A DNA stretch of 32,000 nucleotides, taken from Paramicrosporidium saccamoebae KSL3. Taxonomy: Eukaryota > Fungi > Cryptomycota. Each line of letters begins with the position of its first letter. Position 1 is the first letter of the stretch. A program made the translations under genes and the position numbers. The notes under the pieces were generated by a model. That model did no database searches, had not been told where the DNA came from, and saw only the letters and a program-made list of their open reading frames with translations. The stretch spans positions 6,073 through 38,072 of the forward strand of contig MTSL01000167.1 of the NCBI GenBank assembly GCA_002794465.1. The letters run 5' to 3'. Of this stretch, positions 10,501-21,095 are shown in pieces.

Positions 10501-12178
10501 TGATCGAAAGAATTATCCGCGATTGAGAGAATTGCAACAGGTTCTAAAACCAATCATGGAGGATATTAAGGGATTGGAGTCGAATATGAAGCCACGCCGT
10601 TTTGTGGAATTGGTATCCCAACTTTGCCAGACGGCCAAAGAACACGCTGTTGCTTTAATGAATCTCTCTAATCAAAGCGAATTGGTTCAGTCATTGGCTC
10701 TCACTTCGGTGCAGCTAATGACGGCAGTGGGATCTACGGGGCTGCATCCGACCGAATCGACTCGGCCCAGTTTGTCAGCGGGATTACCGCATTTTACCAC
10801 CCATCATATGCGTTGTTGGGGTCGTGACATTTTCATCTCATTGCCGGGTCTGCTTCTTCGGACGGGTCGCTTTGAGGAAGCCAAGCACCATCTGCTGGCC
10901 TTTGCAGCTTGTTATTACCGCGGTCTAATCCCCAACCTGTTGGATAGTGGACGAAGACCCCGTTATAATGCCCGAGATGCCACCTGGTTCTTCTTACACT
11001 CCCTCCAACGTTATTGTCGATTACGGTCTAAGAACCAAGGCACCGAGGGTGTTCGGGATGTCCAGGAGTTGCTAAACACTATGGTGCCCATGCGATTCCC
11101 CAACGATATTTACGTCGACTATGACGATCCCACCATCTTTACCCGCACCCGTAGACTTGCAGACATTGTACAGGACATTCTACAAGCGCATGCCCGTGGC
11201 ATCCAATTTCGAGAGTGGAATGCCGGTCCAGCCCTTGATCCGGTAATGACGGATGGCGGCTTTGCCATTAATGTGCGCTTGGATCCACAAACCGGAATGA
11301 TCCATGGTGGCAACCAACACAATTGTGGCACGTGGATGGACAAGATGGGTGAATCAAGCTCAGCAGGAAACCGAGGAGTGCCTACCACCCCACGCGACGG
11401 TGCCAGTATTGAGATTACTGCCTTGTTGGCTTCATGTTTGGACTGGCTGATTGCTGACAATCCCACAGGCAAAAAGTGTGTGACATTGGACAGTGACGCC
11501 GGAAATAAGACGGGAAAGGGTGGAGTGAAAAAGGAAACTGCTAGCGGAACGAGCGAGTTGACATTTGTCGAGTGGAGACTCCGATTGCAAGAAAACTTTG
11601 AAAAGTGCTTTTATATTCCCATGGAAAAGGACGACGACAATGGATACAAGATGGATCCCGTCCGAGTGGGTCGGCGTGGCATTTACAAAGACACATTCGG
11701 CGCCTCTTCTCCATCAGCCGATTACCAATTCCGTCCCAATATGGTCGTTGCCATGGCCATTGCACCGACATTATTTGTCCAAAAACACGCCCAATACGCC
11801 CTAAAACTGGTGGAGGAGGTGCTGGTGGGTCCATTAGGCATGCGCACCCTTGATCCGCTTGATCCATCCTATCGACCGGACTATAACAACGGAGACGACT
11901 CGCAGGATCCTCACATTGCTCGAGGCGCCAACTACCATCAAGGTCCCGAGTGGCTTTGGCTACTTGGATTCCATCTTAATGCCCTCTTCCATTTCCGTCA
12001 AATCACCTCTCTTGAAATGCTACATCGGTTGCAAGCACATTGGAAGTGTCTGCAGGGCGATTGGGAGGGATTGCCTGAACTCACCAACCGCGACGGTGCA
12101 TTTTGTCGGGATTCTTGTGTCTCCCAGGCATGGTCATCTGCCACCATTCTCGATGCGTTGCTCTCTCTCAAGGAATAG
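7582..12178 (+). CDS. GDB1: Glycogen debranching enzyme (4-alpha-glucanotransferase/amylo-1,6-glucosidase); introns 7681-7713, 7818-7849, probable stopless 9904-9939, 10303-10331
   Basis: LVVRLDGRGEP N-terminus; QTLVSKWMG; FNMIHFTPLQKRGMSNSPYSI; DVVWNHTA; FRIDNCHSTP; DCTHDNETP; AGLPHF...RCWGRDIFISLPG; WMDKMG; YHQGPEW; LPELT; QAWS. The ORFs at 7854 and 10331 join in frame through the 29-nt intron. Confidence 0.97.
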
Positions 12179-12266
12179 AATCCCGACTCAATAAAGTAGA
12201 TGGACTTTTTGTACAAAAACAGCTACTATACTCTCTCTCTCATTTTTACATTATCAGTGCCTTTAC

Positions 12267-12834
12267 TTATACAAGTGTGGCTATTGCAATGCAGCCAGCT
12301 ATGATGGCGCTTGTGACAAGTGTCCAATCCACATTTACAATCCCTCCATCCCCGCCCCCATCCTTATTCCCATCCACCAGCTTTGCCATGGTGCGTCGGG
12401 CCATCGACTCGCCATCAATGGCACTGCGGATGGCAAAATACACTCGCAGCAAATCCTCCACCGGTTCTCCTTCTGTAATCAGCCGTTGCAATTGTTCCTC
12501 CTCCGTGCTGAAATCGAGGTGGGACGCGTCAAAGCGGTTGTGACACACCAGGAGACTACAGCTTAGACTATCTGGAAAAGTACTGTTGGAGCAGTATGGT
12601 CTTGCTGAATGGCAAAAGTCGGTAGTACGCCATGTATTCGAGCAGTGTTCCCTTCCGGGCCAATGCATGCAGAATCTCTATCATTTGCTTCTCCGACGAG
12701 TTGTGGGGGGTTTCCCGCGTATGTGTCGGAGTGGCAGTTTTAGCTTTCCGTGTATACTCTTCTCGGACATAAACATCTAGGGGATAGGTATCTGTTATGC
12801 ATTCATCCAGTGTATGTATTTCCCGAGTATGCAT
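12267..12834 (-). CDS. Hypothetical protein with a C-terminal transmembrane anchor; intron 12556-12583; start uncertain (ATG 12834 or 12684)
   Basis: Two track ORFs (12568-12864 and 12267-12668) join through a 28-nt gtacttttcc...ctaagctgtag intron. The product is ...MIEILHALARKGTLLEYMAYYRLLPFSKTILLQ|HLLVCHNRF...WTLVTSAIIAGCIAIATLV*. No family recognised. Confidence 0.55.
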
Positions 12835-12877
12835 ACTCTCACTAAGCGTGCATTCGCCCAACATAATCCAATTTCCC

Positions 12878-13789
12878 TTACATCAATCGTTTATTGGTAA
12901 AGACAAAGGTCCGTGCCGGTCGCTTGTTAAATGTAACATCATCTGCAACACTCCCAATGGTGCGTCGATGCTGATATCCCACATACCGGGTGGCATCAAA
13001 GGAAAAGGATTCGTGCAACACTAATCCCACCGAACGGGCAATCTTTTTAACATCCCAGGAATCATACGGATCGCCACACCAACATGTCAAATGTATCTCA
13101 GGCTGCATTATTGTCTGGCCCCCATCATTCCCATCTTCTTCTTCTTCTTCATCATCGTCCCCATCTTTGTGGTTTCGGGGCTTGGGATCTTTTGCCATGG
13201 CAGCTTTCATCACAGTATTCCTAGTCAAATAGTTCATTTTGCGCTTTTCCTGCTCTCGTAGCATCTTTTCAGCAGACTGCAAAAAGCCCAAGATGAGCTT
13301 TTGTTGGGCCCGGATGTTGTAGTCACGATCCTTGATCCCCTCGCCCGTGTGGGGAAAATTAAAGATGATCCGGACTATCCGTCCCACTCCCTCCATCCGT
13401 CCAAAGTATTTCTGGCTTAGCTTAGTGGCATCGAGTGAAAATAGCACTTGTGCTCCCGCATCCCGCAGGCGTCTCAGATGGGTGACAGAATCGGGATATT
13501 TCCGTTGTTGTTCAGATTCGCTGTCCCACACGGTTGCAAGTATCTGCGAACCAGGCAGTGTGTCTAGGAGGGCTGCCGAGAAGCCAAAGTCGCCATCACC
13601 AACCACTAGAACCGTCGAGTCGTCTTCCGGTCGGTACGGCTGTGGGGTCAGCTTGGCATCGCTCCACTGGTGCCACACAATGCGTGTATCCTTCTTTGCT
13701 ACCTTTTCAGCCGGAACAGGGGGCGTCTTGCGCTTGGCTTCGCTCTGTATTATTCGTGCCAGTGATTTTTGCAACCTTCCTCTCTTCAT
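12878..13789 (-). CDS. BMT5: 25S rRNA (uridine-N3)-methyltransferase Bmt5 (DUF2431)
   Basis: LVVGDGDFGFSAAL, ATVWDS, DATKL, IIFNFPHTG, GDPYDSWDV..IA, F...RYVGYQHRRT. Confidence 0.88.
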   Translation of the reverse strand: MKRGRLQKSLARIIQSEAKRKTPPVPAEKVAKKDTRIVWHQWSDAKLTPQPYRPEDDSTVLVVGDGDFGFSAALLDTLPGSQILATVWDSESEQQRKYPDSVTHLRRLRDAGAQVLFSLDATKLSQKYFGRMEGVGRIVRIIFNFPHTGEGIKDRDYNIRAQQKLILGFLQSAEKMLREQEKRKMNYLTRNTVMKAAMAKDPKPRNHKDGDDDEEEEEDGNDGGQTIMQPEIHLTCWCGDPYDSWDVKKIARSVGLVLHESFSFDATRYVGYQHRRTIGSVADDVTFNKRPARTFVFTNKRLM

Positions 13790-14161
13790 CCTTTCCGGGG
13801 TTGCGACAAGTTACGCCATATATGTATACGGATCATGAGGGATGCGCAAATAAATTCCCGCTTATGAGGTTAGGAACAGGACCCTCTATTAATGATTGAA
13901 CTTGCTTTAATGCCAGTAATACGCTATATCCTAGATCTGTTCTTCTGCCAGCGATATGTCGTGTTGCGAGTTTGATTGCCTGTCAGTAACAATGCACACA
14001 TCCAGCTTTACACCAATCATGCGCCTCGAGTTTTACACTAGCCATGTACGTTAGATCTTACACTAAGAATACATTGACAATCCCTTGGACGTTAGCAGCT
14101 CTTCAAGATTGCAGCATAATGATCGTCCATAACATGTCTCTCAGTGCACGTAGCCCCGGAA

Positions 14162-14507
14162 ATGTTCTCATCTCGTGTTCTAATGAGACACCGCGCAAGT
14201 GACGGCTGGCGGTCGTACTTTTTCAGCACCCACTTTTGGGGTCCCGGTAGCATTGGCTATCAATTAATGCATAGTGGTGAACTGGATGCTGCCGCTAGCC
14301 GCCATGGCTGACATGCGCAAGGACGCCTCCATAATCTCTGGGAAAATGACCCTCGCCCTATCCATGTATTCTCTGGTGTTTATGCGCTTCGCATGGATGG
14401 TGCAACCGCGGAATTATCTACTATTGGCGTGCCATGCGACGAACGAGGTGTGTCAGCTGTACCAAGGATATCGGTTCGTGACCCACCATCAGCTCACTCC
14501 CATCTAA
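14162..14507 (+). CDS. MPC1: Mitochondrial pyruvate carrier subunit 1; intron 14247-14274; start 14162 or 14183
   Basis: [11 protein letters not shown]|[13 protein letters not shown]...[40 protein letters not shown], the MPC1-type signature. Confidence 0.93.
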
Positions 14508-14619
14508 TCTGTAAATAAATGGCCATGACAATGTGATTGTATCATTCAGACACATTGATCATTTTGCAGGCAAATAGCCATTATCACATCGGCAGTTGTA
14601 AATTTATTATTTAACTTTG

Positions 14620-15508
14620 ATGACTGAGCATTCCCCGCCGTCCCTCTCCACTTGTCTCATTGTATCATCCAATCCATGGATAGTCTCACCTGTAGGCAGG
14701 CGGTGTGGCCGGAACCTCGGTGGACATTATCCTATTCCCCCTCGACACTTTAAAGACGCGTCTCCAATCTGCCGGCGGATTGGCCGCCTCGGGAGGACTC
14801 CGCAGTCTCTACTCGGGTCTTTCCTCCGCCGTCCTTGGCTCTGCACCTGGCGCCGCCCTCTTCTTCCTCACCTATGAGAGCATGAAGCAGGCCTTTTCCA
14901 TTCTGGTGCCGACTCAACGCGATTCGCCCTGTGTCCATTTGGTGTCCTCCAGTTTGGCCGAAATCGTAGCATTGCGCATGAATGTTCATTTATAGAGTGC
15001 ATGTACGGTGAGGGTGCCTATTGAGGTATTGAAGCAGAGAATGCAAGTTTTTCAATACGAAGCCGGCCTAATGGCTGCCATGAGGCACGTCTACAGGCAT
15101 GACGGGCTGTTGGGTTTCTATCGTGGCTTCCAGGCCACCCTCCAGCGCGAGATTCCCTTTGCCTGTCTCCAATTCCCGCTTTACGAGTATTTAAAGCGTC
15201 ATTGGCAAGTCGATAAGGCATGGCAGGCTGCCTTGTGTGGTTCAGTCGCCGGCGGAGTCACAGCCGCTCTGACCACTCCCTTGGACGTCATCAAGACGCG
15301 CACCATGCTCTCCACCAGAGGCGAACTCCATCAATATCGATCACCCTTGGACAGTATTCGCATGTTATGGAAGGAGGGAGGGCTGCGTCGTATATTTGCA
15401 GGTGTCGGCCCAAGAACCTTGTGGATTTCAGTAGGCGGATTTATTTTCTTTGGTGCCTATGAAAAGTCGAAGCAGATCCTGATGCATAGTCGCACCACTA
15501 GAGCCTGA
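14620..15508 (+). CDS. SAM5: Mitochondrial S-adenosylmethionine carrier (SLC25A26/Sam5/Pet8); introns 14662-14695, 14966-14995
   Basis: LI|AGGVAGTSVDIILFPLDTLKTRLQS..G...SGG...LYSGL.SAVLGSAPGAALFFLTYE; SSLAEI|SACTVRVPIEVLKQRMQ; REIPF...QFPLYE; TTPLDVIKTR; GVGPR.LWISVGGFIFFGAYE. Confidence 0.93.
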
Positions 15509-15690
15509 TTACATAATAGAACAGTTGTAGAGTATGCTGAATAGTAGAGTATTAACAATTGTAAAGTACCAACACCTATGAAATACTGATAACTGTAATA
15601 TTCATCGCAGCGTGCCTATAGACAACTGCAAACACGTCATGCTAGTAACATGTAGCCCGATTGGCAGTTGCTAATTACCCCTTTGGGAAG

Positions 15691-15699
15691 TGATTGGCT
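15691..15699. promoter_or_regulatory. CCAAT box (TGATTGGCT) upstream of the CRAL-TRIO gene
   Basis: Exact 9-mer 48 nt upstream of ATG 15739. Confidence 0.4.
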
Positions 15700-15738
15700 C
15701 TGAAACAACTGTCCCTGTTTATAAACACTTTGGTGCGC

Positions 15739-17190
15739 ATGAAACCCAGCAACACAACAGAGACAATGCCTATTGAAGAATTACCAACACTGGGACATAA
15801 GGTCGCCATGGAAAAGGACCAACTCCGCGATAGCTGTACCTCGATAGAAACGCTCACCAGTGAGAACAGTTTGGTCAAGTTGAAGACTGCTCCCTCGGCA
15901 CGCAGCACTGAGGCATTGGCCACCCCACCCAACACGGGCCATCTCCACAACTTGACGACGGAACAACGGGAAAAACTGTTCCAGCTGTGGGAAATGCTGT
16001 TTGATTACTTCTCGGCGCCGTTTGACCGCACACCCTCAAAACGACAGAAAGAGGTCAGTCTGGAACGACTGGACGGATGTCTTCAAGATGCCTATGAGCG
16101 GAAAGAAACAACTGTCACAGAGGGCGAGAGTACGGCATTTGAGAGCAATCCGCTGACAGGAGAAATGTTCTCGCAATGCTCCACGGACGACTCTGATCGG
16201 ACTGTGCTGAGGTATTTGCGGGCCAGGAAATGGGTAGTCCCTGATGCCTTTAACATGCTCACCGATGCTCTCAAATGGCGCCATTCGAGCGGACTACGTG
16301 AGCTAATGTGCGAAGGAGAGCGAAAGATAAAGATGTCCTTAATGGAGGGTGGGAAGAATTTCTTTTGGAAGACGGACAAGGATGGACGTCTCGTGTGCTA
16401 TATTAGGTCGCGACTGCATGATAAGAATGCCCAAACATTGGCAGAGTCTATTGACTTTACTATTTTGACTGTGGAAGTGGGTCGTCGATTGCGAGACCAT
16501 GAGGATCAGCTAGTCACGGTGATCTTTGATCTGAGAGACGCCCCTCTTTCCTCCCTGGATGTTGGGATGATGCAGTTCATGGTCCAAGCTCTGCAATCCT
16601 TCTATCCCGAAATCTTGGGCAAATGTCTGGTGATGGAGGCGCCGTGGATTTTCAATGGATTTTGGAAGATGGTGCGTCCTTTACTGGACCCTGCAGTGGC
16701 TGCCAAAATCGAGTTTATAAAACAGGCCGACTTGACCACCTATGTCGACGCGGACAAGATTCCTCTGGAATACGGCGGAACTGACGTTTTTTCCTACCAG
16801 TACACCCTCCCCCAGATCACCGACTATCCCCGTCCGGCCTCGGAGAGCGAATCGCAGCTATTGTTGACCCGGTTGGAGGTCCTTAAGACGCGCTTTGTGG
16901 AATGCACCCGGGAAATGCATTCCTTCATGGCGCGAGTTGATTCGCCTCTGGAGTTAGAATCGCTCCTTCTTCCCCATCGTGAGCGACGTGATGAGATTAA
17001 AAAACAACTTCAGAATTGCTATCGACAATTTGACACGTTGGTCCTGCCCAAGACGCACTATCATCGGATTGGCGTCCTGGATGAGGATTGGCGTGTGGAT
17101 TGGAGCCGATACAAGAGTCCACCTTCGCCACCTGAATGTCGCATGTCAGCCCCTCCCATTTTGGAAGAAAAGCTGTATTGTAAAAAATAA
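15739..17190 (+). CDS. CRAL-TRIO/Sec14-family lipid transfer protein (Csr1/Sfh2-like)
   Basis: DRTVLRYLRARKWVVPDAFNML..ALKWR; DKDGRLVCYIRSRLH; IFDL; YPEILGKCLVMEAPWIFNGFWKMVRPLLDPAVAAKIEF; IPLEYGG. First ATG is at 15739. Confidence 0.92.
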   Translation: MKPSNTTETMPIEELPTLGHKVAMEKDQLRDSCTSIETLTSENSLVKLKTAPSARSTEALATPPNTGHLHNLTTEQREKLFQLWEMLFDYFSAPFDRTPSKRQKEVSLERLDGCLQDAYERKETTVTEGESTAFESNPLTGEMFSQCSTDDSDRTVLRYLRARKWVVPDAFNMLTDALKWRHSSGLRELMCEGERKIKMSLMEGGKNFFWKTDKDGRLVCYIRSRLHDKNAQTLAESIDFTILTVEVGRRLRDHEDQLVTVIFDLRDAPLSSLDVGMMQFMVQALQSFYPEILGKCLVMEAPWIFNGFWKMVRPLLDPAVAAKIEFIKQADLTTYVDADKIPLEYGGTDVFSYQYTLPQITDYPRPASESESQLLLTRLEVLKTRFVECTREMHSFMARVDSPLELESLLLPHRERRDEIKKQLQNCYRQFDTLVLPKTHYHRIGVLDEDWRVDWSRYKSPPSPPECRMSAPPILEEKLYCKK

Positions 17191-17289
17191 ATTTACTATT
17201 GTAAAGTGTGAAATGGTTATCTGAGGATTATATTGGTATTACGGCTATATTCCCACCGTAGAACGTTATCTCACAATTACCACCTCGGT

Positions 17290-19530
17290 CTAATATGAAC
17301 ATGCAATTACACATTTGGACACTAGCAATGGATCTCCGACAGTTTGTCTTTTGGGAAGGATAATTGCTGGGAACAAGTTTGACGGATGAATTAGTGTCGA
17401 CATTGTTCCATGCTGCACATGCAACACGTACCAAATCTGATCCGCGTCAATCTCTGCCAAGCATTTGATCATTCGAACTACATCCGTAGGGTTGATCCCA
17501 GAACCCGGAGCTAACAACATGTTGGCCGCCTCCCTAATGGTGAGAGGCGATATCCGTCCCAGTGACCGCAGTAGATCGACCACGACGAACACGCTGCTGA
17601 CGCGTCCTGTGGTGGCAGATTCTCTGGAAAATACAGCACCAATGTTGGGCAGCAATTCCTTCTGTACACGATCTGCCATAAAGCTGCCCGCAATCGCCGC
17701 TTGGCTACCGATAATCTGGAGGGCATATCTTGCAACTATTAGAGAAGGATCAGTAAGACGTGCCACCAAAGGTCGCCATGTGGAATGGACTACAGGCAAA
17801 AAGACAGACGACCGTTCCTTGGTAAACACTCGACAAGCCCCGTGTAGCACCTCCAGAGCTTCAAGTCGGATCCTTTCCTCATCAGAGGTGACAAAATGAA
17901 TGGCCACCTTGAGGGCAGCGTCTGTAAGCTCCTCCTCAATAGTCATTGGAAGATTCAATGGTTCCTCCTCCTCAATCTTGGGATCCTTTGGAACCGGCGT
18001 TTCACTATTTCTGAATACAGAAAGAGTCGTCTTCAACGCACTTAACAGCGACAGGGAATATCCACTATATCTTTGGTATTGCCACGCCCGATCCTCTAAT
18101 TCTCGAACAATGTCGAGTAGGACGGTGGCGTGGAGGGAATAGTCCACCGACCTGATCAGCTCTGCCAGTACCAGCGGAGTGTGAGGGAACAAGGTTGGGT
18201 ATCGGAGATCTGCCGAAATATTATTTAACAACACTTCTCCTCGATCTTGGAGCAGTTCATGAAAAGAATCAAACCCAAACAGCACGGCTAGCTTGGTGCC
18301 AGTAACATTCGCTGCTTCCTGTACGGGCACGTTGAGCGCCGTCTTCAGTCTTAATAAGGGACGGATCAAGGATTCACAAGATTTGTCTCCCCAGAGTATG
18401 CAGTTTGCCGCACTACACCATGCCAAATGCCACAGGTTCTCTTCCTTAAGGACATTATCAGCATTCGTGTCCGCCACTTCTCTGTCAGAATACTCATCAA
18501 ACCATCCAATTAGTTTATCAACAGCATCAATCGATTCTTTGTTCGCCTTGCCAAAAACTAATAGTTCATGGGCCTCTGGCCGGCCTTCGAATTCGAAATT
18601 GATCATATTGACATCCCGAAATAGCTCTACTAATTTCATAGATGTCCTGTCAATGTCCGACTCCCAACCCCATTGATCTAGACTATTGAGATAGGTTGGC
18701 AGCTTTGCCTGTTGCGCAAGATGCATAATCACGGGCTTACAGGTCGCAACAGTGGCAGTGGGCCATAAATGTGGGGGAACAAATTCACACAGGCCATGAA
18801 TCTCTTCCAAATGGCGAACCGTAATGACCTTTGGATTTGCCTCAGCAACAAATTCCATTGTAGTATCTAAAACCGTTACGGCCAGCGGCAACGTCTTTGG
18901 TTTCCACGACTTTGCTACCATCTTGGGCTGGCCCATCAGGGCAAGCCCTCTAATTACAGGTAATAATACTGTTTCATCCTTCAAATGTTCAGCTAGCAAA
19001 AGCATCTCTATCAACATTTCAGTATACTTTACAGCGAGTGGTGTGCTCCGAATCGAATAGCAAAGGCCAGCTAGCCTAGTTAACAATATCGAGAGCTTCC
19101 CATCTCTCTCTGCCCTCCTATGTGCTCTTCTTAGCATGCTACTCATGCAGTCAACGGCCATTTTGACAACCTCAATGGGCTCCTTCTCCCAACTACAAAG
19201 GAATTTTAACAGGGCCGTGCAAGTGCCTGGCATCACGAATTCCGGAAATTCGTCGTTTGGATGACGTCCTAGTAAGGAGCGGACACTTGCGGCAGCAATC
19301 TTGCGATACTCCAAAGCAAAGCTGCCATCGATCGTTTTCAGCAGCACATTCAAAACGTACCCGAGAGGTTGGTACATGTCAACATTTCCAAGCAGTTCAA
19401 GTGGCATGTTTTCTATGAGCATCTGCAGCTCCTTTAGTCGTGCCGTCTTTATGTTCATCGATACGGGCTCAGGAAGCTTGTCATCCAGCGAAGCCGCCAA
19501 GAGGCTCAATATTCGTCCAGCCGAGAGCAT
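17290..19530 (-). CDS. TTI1: HEAT-repeat protein, probable TELO2-interacting protein 1 (Tti1)
   Basis: 746-aa helical ORF with FEFVMPG...ALLKFL-like N-terminal segment, D.RYP.LFP..P.VL, A..V.IHF...D...IRL..L, and LPVVHSTWRPLVARLTD, the Tti1-like LP.VH..W..L..RL motif. Confidence 0.75.
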   Translation of the reverse strand: MLSAGRILSLLAASLDDKLPEPVSMNIKTARLKELQMLIENMPLELLGNVDMYQPLGYVLNVLLKTIDGSFALEYRKIAAASVRSLLGRHPNDEFPEFVMPGTCTALLKFLCSWEKEPIEVVKMAVDCMSSMLRRAHRRAERDGKLSILLTRLAGLCYSIRSTPLAVKYTEMLIEMLLLAEHLKDETVLLPVIRGLALMGQPKMVAKSWKPKTLPLAVTVLDTTMEFVAEANPKVITVRHLEEIHGLCEFVPPHLWPTATVATCKPVIMHLAQQAKLPTYLNSLDQWGWESDIDRTSMKLVELFRDVNMINFEFEGRPEAHELLVFGKANKESIDAVDKLIGWFDEYSDREVADTNADNVLKEENLWHLAWCSAANCILWGDKSCESLIRPLLRLKTALNVPVQEAANVTGTKLAVLFGFDSFHELLQDRGEVLLNNISADLRYPTLFPHTPLVLAELIRSVDYSLHATVLLDIVRELEDRAWQYQRYSGYSLSLLSALKTTLSVFRNSETPVPKDPKIEEEEPLNLPMTIEEELTDAALKVAIHFVTSDEERIRLEALEVLHGACRVFTKERSSVFLPVVHSTWRPLVARLTDPSLIVARYALQIIGSQAAIAGSFMADRVQKELLPNIGAVFSRESATTGRVSSVFVVVDLLRSLGRISPLTIREAANMLLAPGSGINPTDVVRMIKCLAEIDADQIWYVLHVQHGTMSTLIHPSNLFPAIILPKRQTVGDPLLVSKCVIACSY

Positions 19531-19572
19531 TTCGTTAATAAAATTATTTAATCTTTAACGTGTCGATTAGTG

Positions 19573-19581
19573 TGATTGGCT
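19573..19581. promoter_or_regulatory. CCAAT box (TGATTGGCT) in the 104-bp divergent spacer between TTI1 and the orphan gene
   Basis: Exact 9-mer between ATG 19530 (minus) and ATG 19635 (plus). Confidence 0.45.
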
Positions 19582-19634
19582 GTTTATTATGAAAATCAAT
19601 AAATAGGTGAGCTTTGGTCTTTTTGCCAACAAAA

Positions 19635-20159
19635 ATGCACGCGTGTCTCCTCGTTTTGGTAGTGCTCATTATTGCGGTAAATGGAGAATTGTTCATGCGC
19701 TCACTTTTGCTGTTCGAAGCGGAGGAACTCCCTGATCCAATGCAACTCCTCCCCCGTCAAGACTCTTTGGAGCTCCTCGGTCCTGGGGCTTCTTTGGCAA
19801 GCTTGGCAATTGTTCCTCAGAGCACCAACCTCACCATCTCCTGCACAGACGCATTTCTAGCAATTGTTCGAAACGATTACCCATCGCAGATCTGCACGCC
19901 GGGCGGAGAGATCCATCTTCGAAATGTAACCGTTACAGGCATCATGGAGGGGGATGTTCTCGTGGCGTCACTTATTGAAGATCTTGCCATCTCTGCAAGA
20001 CTCCTCTATGATCTTGCAAAACTACCCGATGAGATGCGTGCGTCCAGAGGCATTACACCGAGAAAGAAGCGTCTCTTGGATGCCACAGCCACAGGAAAGA
20101 TTTTACGCACGATAGTGGTACGGGTCGAAAGCGACACGAGCATGTATCAAGAACAGTAA
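19635..20159 (+). CDS. Hypothetical secreted protein (174 aa)
   Basis: MHACLLVLVVLIIAVNG resembles a signal peptide. Sequons NLT and NVT and an RKKR motif are present. The ORF fills an otherwise empty gap. No family recognised. Confidence 0.65.
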   Translation: MHACLLVLVVLIIAVNGELFMRSLLLFEAEELPDPMQLLPRQDSLELLGPGASLASLAIVPQSTNLTISCTDAFLAIVRNDYPSQICTPGGEIHLRNVTVTGIMEGDVLVASLIEDLAISARLLYDLAKLPDEMRASRGITPRKKRLLDATATGKILRTIVVRVESDTSMYQEQ

Positions 20160-20193
20160 CTGTGTAGTGGATGTAAGTAACCACTAAACTTAA

Positions 20194-20381
20194 TGACTGC
20201 GAATAATAATGGTGGTGACTGTAAATAATACTAATGATGATGACTGTAAATAATACTAATGATAATGACAACTACACATATTGGATAATACCTGGATACT
20301 ACGATCCATAACAACGGCACATCTTCGTTGCTTATAGTGGCTCATATCATAACGGTACATCTTTATTGCTTATAGTGGCTC
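20194..20381. repeat. 25-nt tandem repeat (20216-20265, plus a degenerate copy) and a 31-nt duplication with period 38 (20313-20343, 20351-20381) between convergent 3' ends
   Basis: tgactgtaaataatactaatgatga appears twice; aacgg(c/t)acatctt(cg/ta)ttgcttatagtggctc appears twice and abuts the RPS10 stop codon. Confidence 0.9.
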
Positions 20382-20768
20382 TTATGCGGTGGCCTCCTGC
20401 TTCCCACGCCATCCACCACGACGGTAGCCCTCCTCTCCGCGAGGACGACGCTCACCCTCCTCTTCACGGGGACGGCGTGCCGCCGCCTTGGCAATAGTGG
20501 CGGGTACGACGCTCTCCGGCATGTGCAAGTATCCACGGAGATACATGATACCCTCGTCGTTAAGGTAGTAGTAGTGGTGCTGCCACGAGAACTCCTCAGT
20601 GACAAAGCCGCGCGACTTGAGGGACTTTAGGACACTCATGGCATGGAGGTTGGCAACGGGAATATCGGCGTGCTTGGGGAGACGGACGTCCTTCTTGACC
20701 ACCATGACACCCTCGGTGAGGAGGTAAGTGTAGATGGTCTTAATGTCGCTCTTCGGTACGATCATCAT
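20382..20768 (-). CDS. RPS10: 40S ribosomal protein S10 (eS10)
   Basis: MMIVPK...IY.YL..EGVMVVKKD...PKH..I.VANLHAM....SLKSRGFVTEEFSWQHHYYYLNDEGI.YLR.YLHMP..VVPAT, and EGYRR. Confidence 0.97.
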   Translation of the reverse strand: MMIVPKSDIKTIYTYLLTEGVMVVKKDVRLPKHADIPVANLHAMSVLKSLKSRGFVTEEFSWQHHYYYLNDEGIMYLRGYLHMPESVVPATIAKAAARRPREEEGERRPRGEEGYRRGGWRGKQEATA

Positions 20769-21095
20769 TTTGCTGGACTGTTGGAAGGATGGATGGTTTA
20801 TCCACCGATGGTTCAAGTCCTAGACTTAGAGGCCGAGCAGGGGTAGGGATGACTGGGATGTCGAGGCGCCGGTGCGACGTTGTAGTGGTTTGTAATAATA
20901 CAGTGACGAAGTAGCTATCTAGTGGCTATCTAGTAGTTATATAATGATATAGTGATGCCGCACTGGTGCAATGATGGTGCAGTATTGGTATGATGCTGAT
21001 CCAATAATAATGTAATGCTGGCCCAATTGCCAATAGGGTAATGATCACAAATCGCAACCCACGGGTCAAATAACCATACATCATACACCAATGGT

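Noticed and set aside
12825-12838. Perfect 14-bp palindrome GAGTATGCATACTC
   Set aside because: About two such palindromes are expected by chance in 32 kb, and there is no supporting context.
20808-20822. GGTTCAAGTCC resembling a tRNA T-loop / Pol III B-box
   Set aside because: The flanks do not form a T-stem, and no cloverleaf or acceptor stem could be folded.
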